This document shows positions 54,893 through 64,000 of a DNA stretch of 64,000 nucleotides, piece after piece. Position 1 is the stretch's first letter. Each line of letters begins with the position of its first letter. This DNA is from Halarcobacter sp. (lineage in GTDB: Bacteria > Campylobacterota > Campylobacteria > Campylobacterales > Arcobacteraceae): positions 559,314 through 623,313 of the forward strand of contig CBDEWB010000018.1 of the NCBI GenBank assembly GCA_965243765.1, given 5' to 3'. The notes beneath the pieces were generated by a model. It had not been told where the DNA came from. It saw nothing but the letters and a program-made list of their open reading frames with translations, and ran no database searches. The translations under genes and the position numbers were made by a program.

Positions 54893-55870
54893 ATGACACA
54901 TAAGAATGGAATAGAAAAATTTATAGAGATTTTTAAACGATCAAATTTAAGCATATCAAAGTTTGCATCTTTAATACAAAAAGATAGAAGAACTGTTACT
55001 TCATGGATTGATAATATAGCAGATATTGAACCAAATGAGAGTGTTAAAGATAAAATCTGTAATATCTTTCGATATCCTGATTTTATTTGGGAAGATGGTT
55101 GTAGCGGGGAAGAGTTTATCAAATCAATTACTCAAATTCCACAAAAAGAAGTAAGAATTATTGATGAAGACTATTATGATAGATTAAAATATATTATGGA
55201 GATAGAGAAAAATAGAAGGTTTGTAATTCAAGCTCAATTTCCAGGACCAATGTATAGAGATACTGCTGTAAAAAAAGTTTATAGATCAAAAACTTCTACT
55301 GAAATTGAAGAGTTAAAACAAGAAAGAATTCAACAAATGTTGAAATATGATTATGATACAACTGAATGGTACTCAATAAAATCTGTATTATCTTTCTGTT
55401 TTGCCACTATTGGTAACTTTTACACAAGAGATGAAAAAATAAAAATATTAGAATTAATGTATGCAATATTTCACAATAATTATAATAAGAAATTATTTTT
55501 CTTTGATTCTTTTTCAAGAAAAATCTATGGAATGGAAACAACATATATTTCAATAAATGTAAAACAAAAAGTTCTATTTTTTAAATCACCAATTGAGTCA
55601 GTTTTTATAGAAATAAGAAATAAAAATTTAGTTGAAAGAATGCATAAATATTACTCTTCACCAGTAGAAGCTCCTTCTCATGTAAATTTTTTAGAATCAG
55701 TTAAAATTATAAAAATATTACAAGATGCTGTAAGATACAACAATAGTATATTGCAAGCTTATGAGATTATTAATAGAACTACAGACTATGGAGAGCTTTT
55801 TTATAATAATCTTAGTATTGATTTACAAAAAGAGCTTACTCATCCAAAAACTGGACAAAAGAGGAACTAA
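54893..55870 (+). CDS. Uncharacterised protein with XRE-like HTH; candidate prp regulator
   Basis: SISKFASLIQKDRRTVTSWID helix-turn-helix pattern; about 250-aa unassigned C-terminal domain; start placed at ATG 54893. Confidence 0.65.
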   Translation: MTHKNGIEKFIEIFKRSNLSISKFASLIQKDRRTVTSWIDNIADIEPNESVKDKICNIFRYPDFIWEDGCSGEEFIKSITQIPQKEVRIIDEDYYDRLKYIMEIEKNRRFVIQAQFPGPMYRDTAVKKVYRSKTSTEIEELKQERIQQMLKYDYDTTEWYSIKSVLSFCFATIGNFYTRDEKIKILELMYAIFHNNYNKKLFFFDSFSRKIYGMETTYISINVKQKVLFFKSPIESVFIEIRNKNLVERMHKYYSSPVEAPSHVNFLESVKIIKILQDAVRYNNSILQAYEIINRTTDYGELFYNNLSIDLQKELTHPKTGQKRN

Positions 55871-55884
55871 ATAAAAGGTATCAT

Positions 55885-56829
55885 ATGAAAATTGTAATTT
55901 TAGATAGAGCAACTTTAGGTTTTGATATAAATGTTGATGTCTTTAATAGTTTAGCAAATGTAACCTCTTATGATGTAACTTTTGCTCATCAAACAAAAGA
56001 TAGAATAAAAGATGCAGATATTGTAATCACAAATAAAGTATTAGTTAAAAAAGATGAACTTCAAGATTCATCTGTAAAACTTATTTGTATTAGTGCAACT
56101 GGTATGAATAATGTAGATTTAGAATTTGCAAAAGAAAATAATATTGAAGTAAAAAATGTAGCAGGGTATTCTACTTCTTCAGTAGTACAACTATCTTTTG
56201 CAATGATTTTCCATTTTGTAGAAAAATTAAACTATTATAAAAAATATGTAGATGATGGGAAATGGCAAAAATCAGTAATTTTTACTCATATAGATAAACC
56301 TTTTTATGAATTAGATGGAAAAAGACTTGGAATTATTGGACTTGGAAGTATTGGCTCAAACTTAGCAAAAAAAGCAAAAGCTTTTGCTTGTGAAGTAGTA
56401 TATTATTCAACTTCAGGAAAAAACTCAAATAGCGAATATACAAGAGTGAAACTTGACGAATTACTTAAAACTAGTGATATCATAAGTATTCATTGTCCCC
56501 TAAATGAGAGTACTAAAAATTTATTAAATTATAAAAATATGAAAAATATCAAAAAAGGTGCTATTTTACTAAACCTTGGACGTGGTGGAATTATAAATGA
56601 AGATGCTTTAGCAAAAATCATAGATTCACAAGAGATATACTGTGGTATAGATGTAGTATCAAAAGAACCAATAGCAAAATCAAATCCTTTATTAAATATT
56701 AAAAATAAAGAGCAGTTAGTTTTAACTCCTCATATAGGTTGGGCAAGTATTGAAGCTAGAATTAGACTTATAAAAATGGTAGCTGAAAATATTGAGAATT
56801 TTATACAAGAATACAAAAATCTGACTTAA
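55885..56829 (+). CDS. D-2-hydroxyacid dehydrogenase
   Basis: ATGMNNVD, GIIGLGSIG, SIHCPLN, NLGRGG, DVVSKEP, TPHIGWAS. Confidence 0.92.
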   Translation: MKIVILDRATLGFDINVDVFNSLANVTSYDVTFAHQTKDRIKDADIVITNKVLVKKDELQDSSVKLICISATGMNNVDLEFAKENNIEVKNVAGYSTSSVVQLSFAMIFHFVEKLNYYKKYVDDGKWQKSVIFTHIDKPFYELDGKRLGIIGLGSIGSNLAKKAKAFACEVVYYSTSGKNSNSEYTRVKLDELLKTSDIISIHCPLNESTKNLLNYKNMKNIKKGAILLNLGRGGIINEDALAKIIDSQEIYCGIDVVSKEPIAKSNPLLNIKNKEQLVLTPHIGWASIEARIRLIKMVAENIENFIQEYKNLT

Positions 56830-56925
56830 TAAAAAAATTAGCACTGCAATAAACAACTTAAAACTACCAAGTCTCTCTAAAACAGCACACTACTACATAA
56901 ATACTACCATATAATTAAATATAAT

Positions 56926-56970
56926 TTATTTAAAGTTATTTAAAGTTATTTAAAGTTATTTAAAGTTATT
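56926..56970. repeat. Tandem repeat (TTATTTAAAG) x4.5
   Basis: Perfect 10-bp units ending 33 bp before the ATG of the giant ORF. Confidence 0.92.
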
Positions 56971-57003
56971 ATGTAGCTATTAAAATAATGCTAGGAAATA
57001 ACT

Positions 57004-60000
57004 ATGAATTACAAAAAAATATTTACAGGATTATTATTTGCAATAATAACCATAATAAGCACAGGGTGTGGTGAACATAGCTTCTTTGATAAAGCTGATG
57101 ACACTGCTTCATCATCTATTATTATGCTACATGGAAATATTGCAAAAGGACCTATATATAAAGCAGAAGTAAAAGCATTTAGACTGGATACTAATAAATT
57201 ATTAAATACCGTGCTAACAGATATTAAAGGAGATTACTCTTTAGATATTGGTACATACACAGGAGCTATTAAAGTTACTGCAAAAGGTGGTAGTTATATT
57301 GATGAAATTTCAGGCATAAAACAAGACGCAAAAGATTTAAACTTAGAAGCTATTTCTGTGATATCTGATGATAAAAAAGTTAAAACAGTAAATGTTACGC
57401 CTGTGACTGATATAGCTGCACAAGAGTTAGAAGATATGTACGAAGATATCACTAAACTTGCAAATAAAAAAAGTATAATTGAAGATGTAAATAAAAATAT
57501 AGCAAGAATTTTAACAGGAAGTAGTTTTAATCCTACAAAAGTTAAACCTAAAATCTTAGGTAAAGACAAAATTGAACTAGATGATGGAGATGCAGGGAAA
57601 TATGGTACTTTTCTAGCTGTATTTGCTAAATTGTCAGATAGTAAAGTATCAAATGTAAAAGCAAAAATTGAAAATTTTTATAATGATATTAAAGATAATG
57701 GTGTATTAAGTGAAGACTCTAATACGAAGATAAAAGGTGCTCTTGAAGATAACACTATCAAAAAAGGTATCAACACTGAAGTAATAACTTTTATTAAAAA
57801 TCAACAAAAGACATATGACATAACTCCAATAATAACTGGAACTCTAATCAAAACCAATCAAAAAAGAGAAGGAAAAACAGAATTTACTCTAAGCGTTAAA
57901 GATATTGACACCAAAGTACTTGTTCACTTTAAAAATAAAAAATCATTTGCCACTTTTGAGGCAAAAGATGAAAATGGTAAAGATATTGTTTATATAAACA
58001 ACGACTCAACAGTCACAGTGATAATTACAAATAGTAAAGATTTTAATGAAACAAGAAGTGTTACACTTTCAGTTGGTAAAGAAACGGTTACATTAAGCAG
58101 TACAAGCAATAAAGAAACTACCTCTAATCTTAGTGAGAGTGAATCAAAACCGTTTAACTTGATAAGTAAAATAAGCTATAACTTAAATTTCAATAAGCAC
58201 TTTAGTGACCCAGATGATAATGATAAATTCAAAACTAAACCATATGAGACTAACGAATGGCAGACTACCTTGACATTTACTACTAAAAGTCCACTACCTA
58301 AGGGAATCATATTGGATACAAACGGTCTTTTAAATGGTGCTTCAGAAGAACCAAAACCAAAAACATTTCCAATTACGATAACAGCAACAGATATCTATAA
58401 GAATACAATAACTAGAACTGTCAGCTTAAATGTTTCAGTTAAACCACAAGTAGCAAGTATTGAATTAAAATCTCCTAACTCTACAAGACTAAAAGAAAAT
58501 CAAACAGTACAAGCAACACTAAAATTTAATCAAGATATAAATATTACAACAGCTGGGACTATGGAAATTACATTTGCCAATAATGCAGGTACTACAGGTA
58601 GTTTTGATATACCACAGGGGAATATTTCACAAGATACAGGTATAGAGATTACAATAACAGCAGGTAGTGGAAGTATTTCTGAAGTAATTGCTTCTAAGAT
58701 TACTTTAGTTGATACAGAAATTACAAATTTTTTAACTATTGCAGGGCAAGAGGTTAAAAATTTAGCAATAGATAACGCTGCACCTCTTTGGACGAGTGTG
58801 AGTAATATATATGTAAGTGAAGATACAGGTACAGATACTGTTATTTATACATCAAAGGTAAACGATGATGATAAGGACGTAACTTATAGTATCTCTGATG
58901 ATAATTTTACTATTACAACAAAAGGTAAGTTAAGCTTAAAAAAAGCTTTAGATTATGAAACAACAAAAAAGTATACTTTAGAGATTACTGTAAAAGATAG
59001 CCTTTTAAATAGTTCTGCTAAAACAGTAACTATAAACGTAACAAATGTATTAGATACGCCACCTCTTTTAGCTACTCCAAAAACAACAGAAAATATAGCA
59101 GAAGATATAAAAAAAGGTACATCTATAGCTACAATTTCAAGTGCTTTAAATGCTTTAGAAGATCAAAAAATAATTGATAGTTTTACGATAACAAGTGGTG
59201 ATGATAATAATAATTTTACTGTTAATAACAAAGGGGTAGTAAAAATAGCAGAAAAGAGTCATATTGATTTCTCTGTAAATACTACTCATACGTACATTTT
59301 AAAAATAAGTGCTTCAAATAAGGCAGGAGCTAGTAAGAAAGTAACGTTAAATATTCCAGTTACAAATGTTAATGAAATTACAGCTAAAGATGACAAAAAA
59401 ACTATGAAAAATACCGAGAACTCTATAATTATAGATGTTCTTGCTAATGATGATAAAGGGATAGATAACAAAGATTTAACTATTAAAAGTGTAACAGTAC
59501 CCAATATTGGTACAGCTGAAATTATAGATGACAATAAGATAAAATATACAAACACTTCTACAGACACAGGAACTATTTCTTTTACTTATACCATGACTAA
59601 TGGGGAAGATGACAACACCGCAAATGTAAATATCTCTATAATTGATGCAACTTTAGTACCAGATGCTCCTACTGTAAATACTATTGCAGATGATGATATT
59701 ATAAATTCCCTTGAGAGTAAAAGTGCTGTAAATATTACAGGAACTGCTACACCTGATATAAAAGTAACCGTTACTTATAATGATATTTCAAAAACAGTTA
59801 AAAATGTAGGTTCAGATGGAAAATGGAGTGTAAAATATGAGGTAACAGAACTTCCTAGCAATGGAACATCATCAGAGGTAGTAGCATATACTACTACTGT
59901 TTTTGGTACGGAGAGTCTTAAGAGCAAAAAAACTCTTAAAATAGATACGACTAAACCAACAGTTACAATTACTAATGATAAGAGTGTGGATACATTAAAC

Positions 60001-63000
60001 AAAACTGATAATACCGTAACTTTTACATTTTCTTTTAGCGAAGAAATAAAGAGTTTTACTGCGAATGATATTACTGTACAAAATGGAGAAAAATCTACTT
60101 TTAAATCAGTAATTACTGATAAAAAGTGGACTTTAGCTGTAATAGCAAATGATAATAGCACAAAAGCTATTACTGTAAGTATTAATCTAGATATAGAAGA
60201 TAAAGCAGGAAATAAGCTTAGTAGTGAAGGAAATAAACTTGATGATGAAAAGAAACTAGTTTCTAAAAGTATTAAAGTTGATACAAGAGAGGTAACTCTT
60301 GAGGTAACTTTTCCTATTATGGAAGATGGTATTATCTCTAAAGCTGAAGAGGAAAGAGTTATTATAAGTGGTACTACTAACGGTAGGAAAGTAGAAGTGA
60401 CAATTGCTACACTTGACAAAGTAGATGCCAATGTAAATGATGATGGAAAATGGGCTACTAAAGGAATTAATATAAGTTCATTGCCTGAAGGTGCACTTAC
60501 TTTAGTGATTAAAGCTTCTAAAAATGGTAATATAAAAACTCTAACTTATAATGATAAAATATTAAAAGATACACTTAGTCCTACAATATCTGAGCTTATT
60601 ATTCCTACAACCTCTTTACTTAATGAAAATGAATTTAAGATTAGTTTTAAATTTGATACATTTGTAACACCTATGAAACTTCCAATGAAAGATAATTTTA
60701 TATTAAAAAATGTAGATTTGATATCAAATGTTTATAACCCGACAAGTAAAATTTATACTGTTACCTTTAAACCCAAAGATGATGACGAAGGTACTTTAAA
60801 AATCATTTTAAACAAAAATGCTGTAGAAAGTATTGCAGGAAATGGAAATAAGGAAAAAGATTTATATACACGTAGTTTTAATTCTAAGTATCCAACAATT
60901 ACTATAACCTCACATAAAGAAGGTCAATTTATTGATGAAAGTGAAGCTTTAGACATAACTCTTAAAGGTAAAACAAAAAATGCAATAAAACCAAGTAAAG
61001 TTACTATCACAAATGTAACAACAAATAAGATTATAGGGACTACAACAGTTGATGAAAATAATAAATGGAGTCAACATATTACAGGATTAATCCAAGAGAT
61101 ACAAAAGTTGTATACAGGTACCAAGCCATTAGTAAGCTATAAAACTAAAGACAATTATGCTACGATTAGTAGTAATTCTCAGGGGTTTAATGATTTGAGA
61201 AATTTATTTGATGGAAATAAGCAATATGGCAAGAGTTATTCTACAGATTTTGGCAGATACAAAAATGGTGCAACATTTACTATAACTTTTACAAACCCAC
61301 AATTTATAAAATTCATTGATATTTGGGGTGGAGCTAGAAATTATGCCCTCAATGCAAGATGGGATTTTTACGATACAGATAAAAATATAGTAAAAACTAT
61401 ACAAAAAGATAAGTATGATGAAGATAGGTATTATAAAGTATTCCCTCACGTACTTACCCCTATTAAAAAGATAATAGTTACAAAAACAGGAGATGATTGG
61501 TTTTCTTTTAGTGAAATGAAAATCAATGCCATTAATTTAAGTTTTAAAGCTTCTGTTGAAAGTACCACAGGTAACAAAGCTTCAACAAGTATTAATTTTA
61601 ACATTACAAAGCATCCAGATATCACATCTATAAAGTTAGATAAGTCTTTAATACTTAATGGCAAAACAATGCAAATAACTGTGAACTTTGATACAAAAAT
61701 TAAGACTAGTACATTTACAAAAGATGATTTCATAGTTACAAATGGGGAAATAAATAGTATAAACTTTACTACAGTGGATAATAAAACAGTAGCAACTGCC
61801 ATATTTATTCCAACTCCCGAAATAGATGCATCAGTTAATACCATAAAGATTGGAAAAGATTGGAAAAATTTTGCGGGTATTAATGCATCAGAAAAATATG
61901 AAAGTGAAAATTATAAAATTTATACAAAGCTTACAGTAGTAAACCAAGTGAGTTTTGCTTTACATTCTACCCCATATCATATAGGAGAGAGTGTAAAAAT
62001 AAGAGTTGCTTTTAATAAAAAAGTAACTGTTGCAGGAACTCCTTCTTTAAATATCGGGCTGAACGGGAGTAGTACAACGAAACAAGCAAGCTATCTAAGT
62101 GGAAGTGGTACAAAAATATTGCTTTTTGCATATAGTATAAAAAGTGGCGACAGTGCAACTGCTATCTCAGTTGATGCTGATATAAACGTAAGTAATACTA
62201 ATACGATAAAAGATATAGAATCAACAGCAAACGTTAATCCTGCTTTTACTGCAATAGATCCTGATGATAGACATATAGTAAATACAGATAAAGATGGGAT
62301 TGTTTCTATTATTGTTACATCAAATCCATCTAAGACTTCATATGTAAAAGATGATAAGATTAACTTCAAAGTGACATTTAGTAACGATGTAACAGTAACA
62401 AATACTCCAACTTTAAGTTTAGTTGTAGGTGATAAAACAGTTAAAGCTATATATAAAAATGGAAGCGGTACTAATATAAATTTCACATATACAGTTGAAG
62501 ATAATTCTTTTGATGCAGATGGTATATCTATATCAAAAAATGCTATGCTTTTAGCTGAAGGTACGATCAAAAGTTCTAATGATAGCGTTCTTTTATATAA
62601 TGCTCAAATATCAAATATAAAAGGACAAACTGTAAACTCATTGACTCCTTATATAAAAGATATAACTCTAAGTGCAACAAAATCAGGTTTAAATGAAACA
62701 GCAATTGTAGGAGATACTCTAAAAGCAAGCTTTACTTTTAACTCAAATGTTACCTTAGAAGGAACAGGTATTTCTCTAAAAGCAAAAATTGGGTCAGAAG
62801 ATATAAGTATGGCGTTTTTCTCACAAGAGGCTAATAAGTTAATATTTACTTATACTATTGTAGAAAATGATAGCTCAATTAGTGGGTTTAACCTCATAAA
62901 AAATTCTTTAATTTTAAAAAGTGGTACAACTTTAAAAAGTAGCATAAATGATAAAGATGTAGCCTTAAATCACTTTGCTACAAGTAATAATACAAAAATT

Positions 63001-63723
63001 GATGGTATTAAACCAACTCTTGTAATTACTGCTCCTAAGAAAGTAAATAAAGATTTCACAATAACACTAAGCAGTTCAAAAGAGTTAAGCAGTATAGATA
63101 AGAGTAAGATTAGCGTTTCTGCTCTTTTTGATGTAAGTGAATTCAAGCTTGCAGCGGATAAAAAATCTGCAACTTTAAAAATGACTTTAAAAGCAGATAC
63201 TAAAAGTAATGAAAAAAATCAAGATATAAAAGTAACTTTTCAAGCAGCAGCATTTACAGATACAAGCGGGTTAAAAAGTAAAAAGCAAGAAAAAACTATC
63301 AAATTTGATAATAATACTACACTTAGCATTACAAATCCAATAGAAGATAAGATTTATACTTTAAAAGAGATGCAAAATATGAATATATCAGGTACGACAG
63401 ATGCTGAAGCTGGACAAACAGTAAAAGTAAATGATATTTTTGATGTAGAGGTACAAGCTGATGGAACTTGGAGTAAAAAGGTTAATTTACTTACAAGTAT
63501 TAATACTGCACTTAAGAGTCCTGTCACAAAAGCTTATATAAATGCAAGTGTAAAAGATAAATTAGGTAATAAAGCTAGTGTAACCAAAACTGTAAATATG
63601 GATATCACGGTTCCTACAGTCACAATTACACTAGACAGCACGACAATTCTAGTAGATAAAAAGCTAAAAGCTACTATAAACTTCAATGAGGCAGTACAAG
63701 ATTTTGATATAGATGATATATAA
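57004..63723 (+). CDS. Giant Ig/cadherin-repeat surface lipoprotein (adhesin), 2239 aa, probably prematurely stopped
   Basis: Signal peptide ending ISTG-C22; FSDPD..LPKGI domain, cadherin LDYE, DVLANDD, TIADDDIIN, F(S/N)E..F..DDI and three GSGT-type repeats; the stop falls mid-repeat. Confidence 0.85.
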   Translation: MNYKKIFTGLLFAIITIISTGCGEHSFFDKADDTASSSIIMLHGNIAKGPIYKAEVKAFRLDTNKLLNTVLTDIKGDYSLDIGTYTGAIKVTAKGGSYIDEISGIKQDAKDLNLEAISVISDDKKVKTVNVTPVTDIAAQELEDMYEDITKLANKKSIIEDVNKNIARILTGSSFNPTKVKPKILGKDKIELDDGDAGKYGTFLAVFAKLSDSKVSNVKAKIENFYNDIKDNGVLSEDSNTKIKGALEDNTIKKGINTEVITFIKNQQKTYDITPIITGTLIKTNQKREGKTEFTLSVKDIDTKVLVHFKNKKSFATFEAKDENGKDIVYINNDSTVTVIITNSKDFNETRSVTLSVGKETVTLSSTSNKETTSNLSESESKPFNLISKISYNLNFNKHFSDPDDNDKFKTKPYETNEWQTTLTFTTKSPLPKGIILDTNGLLNGASEEPKPKTFPITITATDIYKNTITRTVSLNVSVKPQVASIELKSPNSTRLKENQTVQATLKFNQDINITTAGTMEITFANNAGTTGSFDIPQGNISQDTGIEITITAGSGSISEVIASKITLVDTEITNFLTIAGQEVKNLAIDNAAPLWTSVSNIYVSEDTGTDTVIYTSKVNDDDKDVTYSISDDNFTITTKGKLSLKKALDYETTKKYTLEITVKDSLLNSSAKTVTINVTNVLDTPPLLATPKTTENIAEDIKKGTSIATISSALNALEDQKIIDSFTITSGDDNNNFTVNNKGVVKIAEKSHIDFSVNTTHTYILKISASNKAGASKKVTLNIPVTNVNEITAKDDKKTMKNTENSIIIDVLANDDKGIDNKDLTIKSVTVPNIGTAEIIDDNKIKYTNTSTDTGTISFTYTMTNGEDDNTANVNISIIDATLVPDAPTVNTIADDDIINSLESKSAVNITGTATPDIKVTVTYNDISKTVKNVGSDGKWSVKYEVTELPSNGTSSEVVAYTTTVFGTESLKSKKTLKIDTTKPTVTITNDKSVDTLNKTDNTVTFTFSFSEEIKSFTANDITVQNGEKSTFKSVITDKKWTLAVIANDNSTKAITVSINLDIEDKAGNKLSSEGNKLDDEKKLVSKSIKVDTREVTLEVTFPIMEDGIISKAEEERVIISGTTNGRKVEVTIATLDKVDANVNDDGKWATKGINISSLPEGALTLVIKASKNGNIKTLTYNDKILKDTLSPTISELIIPTTSLLNENEFKISFKFDTFVTPMKLPMKDNFILKNVDLISNVYNPTSKIYTVTFKPKDDDEGTLKIILNKNAVESIAGNGNKEKDLYTRSFNSKYPTITITSHKEGQFIDESEALDITLKGKTKNAIKPSKVTITNVTTNKIIGTTTVDENNKWSQHITGLIQEIQKLYTGTKPLVSYKTKDNYATISSNSQGFNDLRNLFDGNKQYGKSYSTDFGRYKNGATFTITFTNPQFIKFIDIWGGARNYALNARWDFYDTDKNIVKTIQKDKYDEDRYYKVFPHVLTPIKKIIVTKTGDDWFSFSEMKINAINLSFKASVESTTGNKASTSINFNITKHPDITSIKLDKSLILNGKTMQITVNFDTKIKTSTFTKDDFIVTNGEINSINFTTVDNKTVATAIFIPTPEIDASVNTIKIGKDWKNFAGINASEKYESENYKIYTKLTVVNQVSFALHSTPYHIGESVKIRVAFNKKVTVAGTPSLNIGLNGSSTTKQASYLSGSGTKILLFAYSIKSGDSATAISVDADINVSNTNTIKDIESTANVNPAFTAIDPDDRHIVNTDKDGIVSIIVTSNPSKTSYVKDDKINFKVTFSNDVTVTNTPTLSLVVGDKTVKAIYKNGSGTNINFTYTVEDNSFDADGISISKNAMLLAEGTIKSSNDSVLLYNAQISNIKGQTVNSLTPYIKDITLSATKSGLNETAIVGDTLKASFTFNSNVTLEGTGISLKAKIGSEDISMAFFSQEANKLIFTYTIVENDSSISGFNLIKNSLILKSGTTLKSSINDKDVALNHFATSNNTKIDGIKPTLVITAPKKVNKDFTITLSSSKELSSIDKSKISVSALFDVSEFKLAADKKSATLKMTLKADTKSNEKNQDIKVTFQAAAFTDTSGLKSKKQEKTIKFDNNTTLSITNPIEDKIYTLKEMQNMNISGTTDAEAGQTVKVNDIFDVEVQADGTWSKKVNLLTSINTALKSPVTKAYINASVKDKLGNKASVTKTVNMDITVPTVTITLDSTTILVDKKLKATINFNEAVQDFDIDDI

Positions 63724-64000
63724 GTGCAAATGTACAAGATGATGTAGGTAATAAAAGTGTAAATCAAACTGTAAATATGGATATCACAGTTCCTACAGTA
63801 AGCATTGAACTAAATACTGAAAAAATTCTCATATAAGTGATACAGAAAAAAGTGTAATATTTACTCCAAATTCTGAGATTAAAGTAGATGATGTAAAAAT
63901 AATTGTCGGACAAAATTTTACAGACCTTTTTAATAATCATCCTTCAAGTGATACAAGCAGTGCCTCTTTTAGTATAGATACCCTAATAGGTAAAATTAAT
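63721..64000 (+). pseudogene. Out-of-frame continuation fragments of the adhesin
   Basis: SANVQDDVGNKSVNQTVNMDITVPTVSIEL matches the repeat at about 63540-63630; a further frame from 63833 (ISDTEKSVIFTPNSEI..) is open to the window end. Confidence 0.8.

Noticed and set aside
54736-55122. 128-aa minus-strand ORF over the prp intergenic region
   Set aside because: Overlaps the HTH gene in antisense, with no motif or RBS evidence
56926-56970. Iterons or a replication origin
   Set aside because: No rep or dnaA gene and no DnaA boxes seen; the context is a promoter
59775-60431. 218-aa minus-strand ORF and other short antisense ORFs inside the adhesin
   Set aside because: Ser/Val/Leu-rich mirror of the Thr/Asp/Lys-rich sense strand
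57004-64000. RTX/type I secretion signal in the adhesin
   Set aside because: No GGxGxD nonapeptide repeats in the visible part; the true C-terminus is outside the window

Overview
AT-rich chromosome segment that looks like Campylobacterota, most likely Arcobacteraceae. This is inferred from the protein sequences and the murJ-msbA-pyrD-M16 peptidase-dapA-SDR order; no database search was run. The core is housekeeping: uvrA, ybeY, perR/rrc, murJ to yggS, gatA, guaB, priA, dapD, ahpC, rho, dnaX, hemC and the prpB-prpC-acnD-prpF methylcitrate operon. Accessory or decaying parts: (1) a sugar-catabolism island at 1-7553 (nagA, nagB, TRAP transporter, GntR) with two broken oxidoreductase genes, cut by an intact IS66; (2) a ThDP enzyme plus ALDH21-like dehydrogenase pair that may be a 2-oxoglutarate decarboxylase/SSADH shunt; (3) an intact IS481 nested in an IS256 remnant, plus internally deleted IS3, IS5 and IS1249-type remnants; (4) a destroyed glutamate racemase (murI); (5) an uncharacterised HTH protein divergent from prpB with a spaced direct repeat in between; (6) an A10 run in dnaX placed like a slippage site; (7) a >2200-aa lipoprotein adhesin behind a 10-bp tandem repeat, whose 3' part is broken at two junctions sharing the same 9-mer. 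I saw no rRNA, tRNA or CRISPR array. All family names come from recognised motifs and need HMM confirmation.
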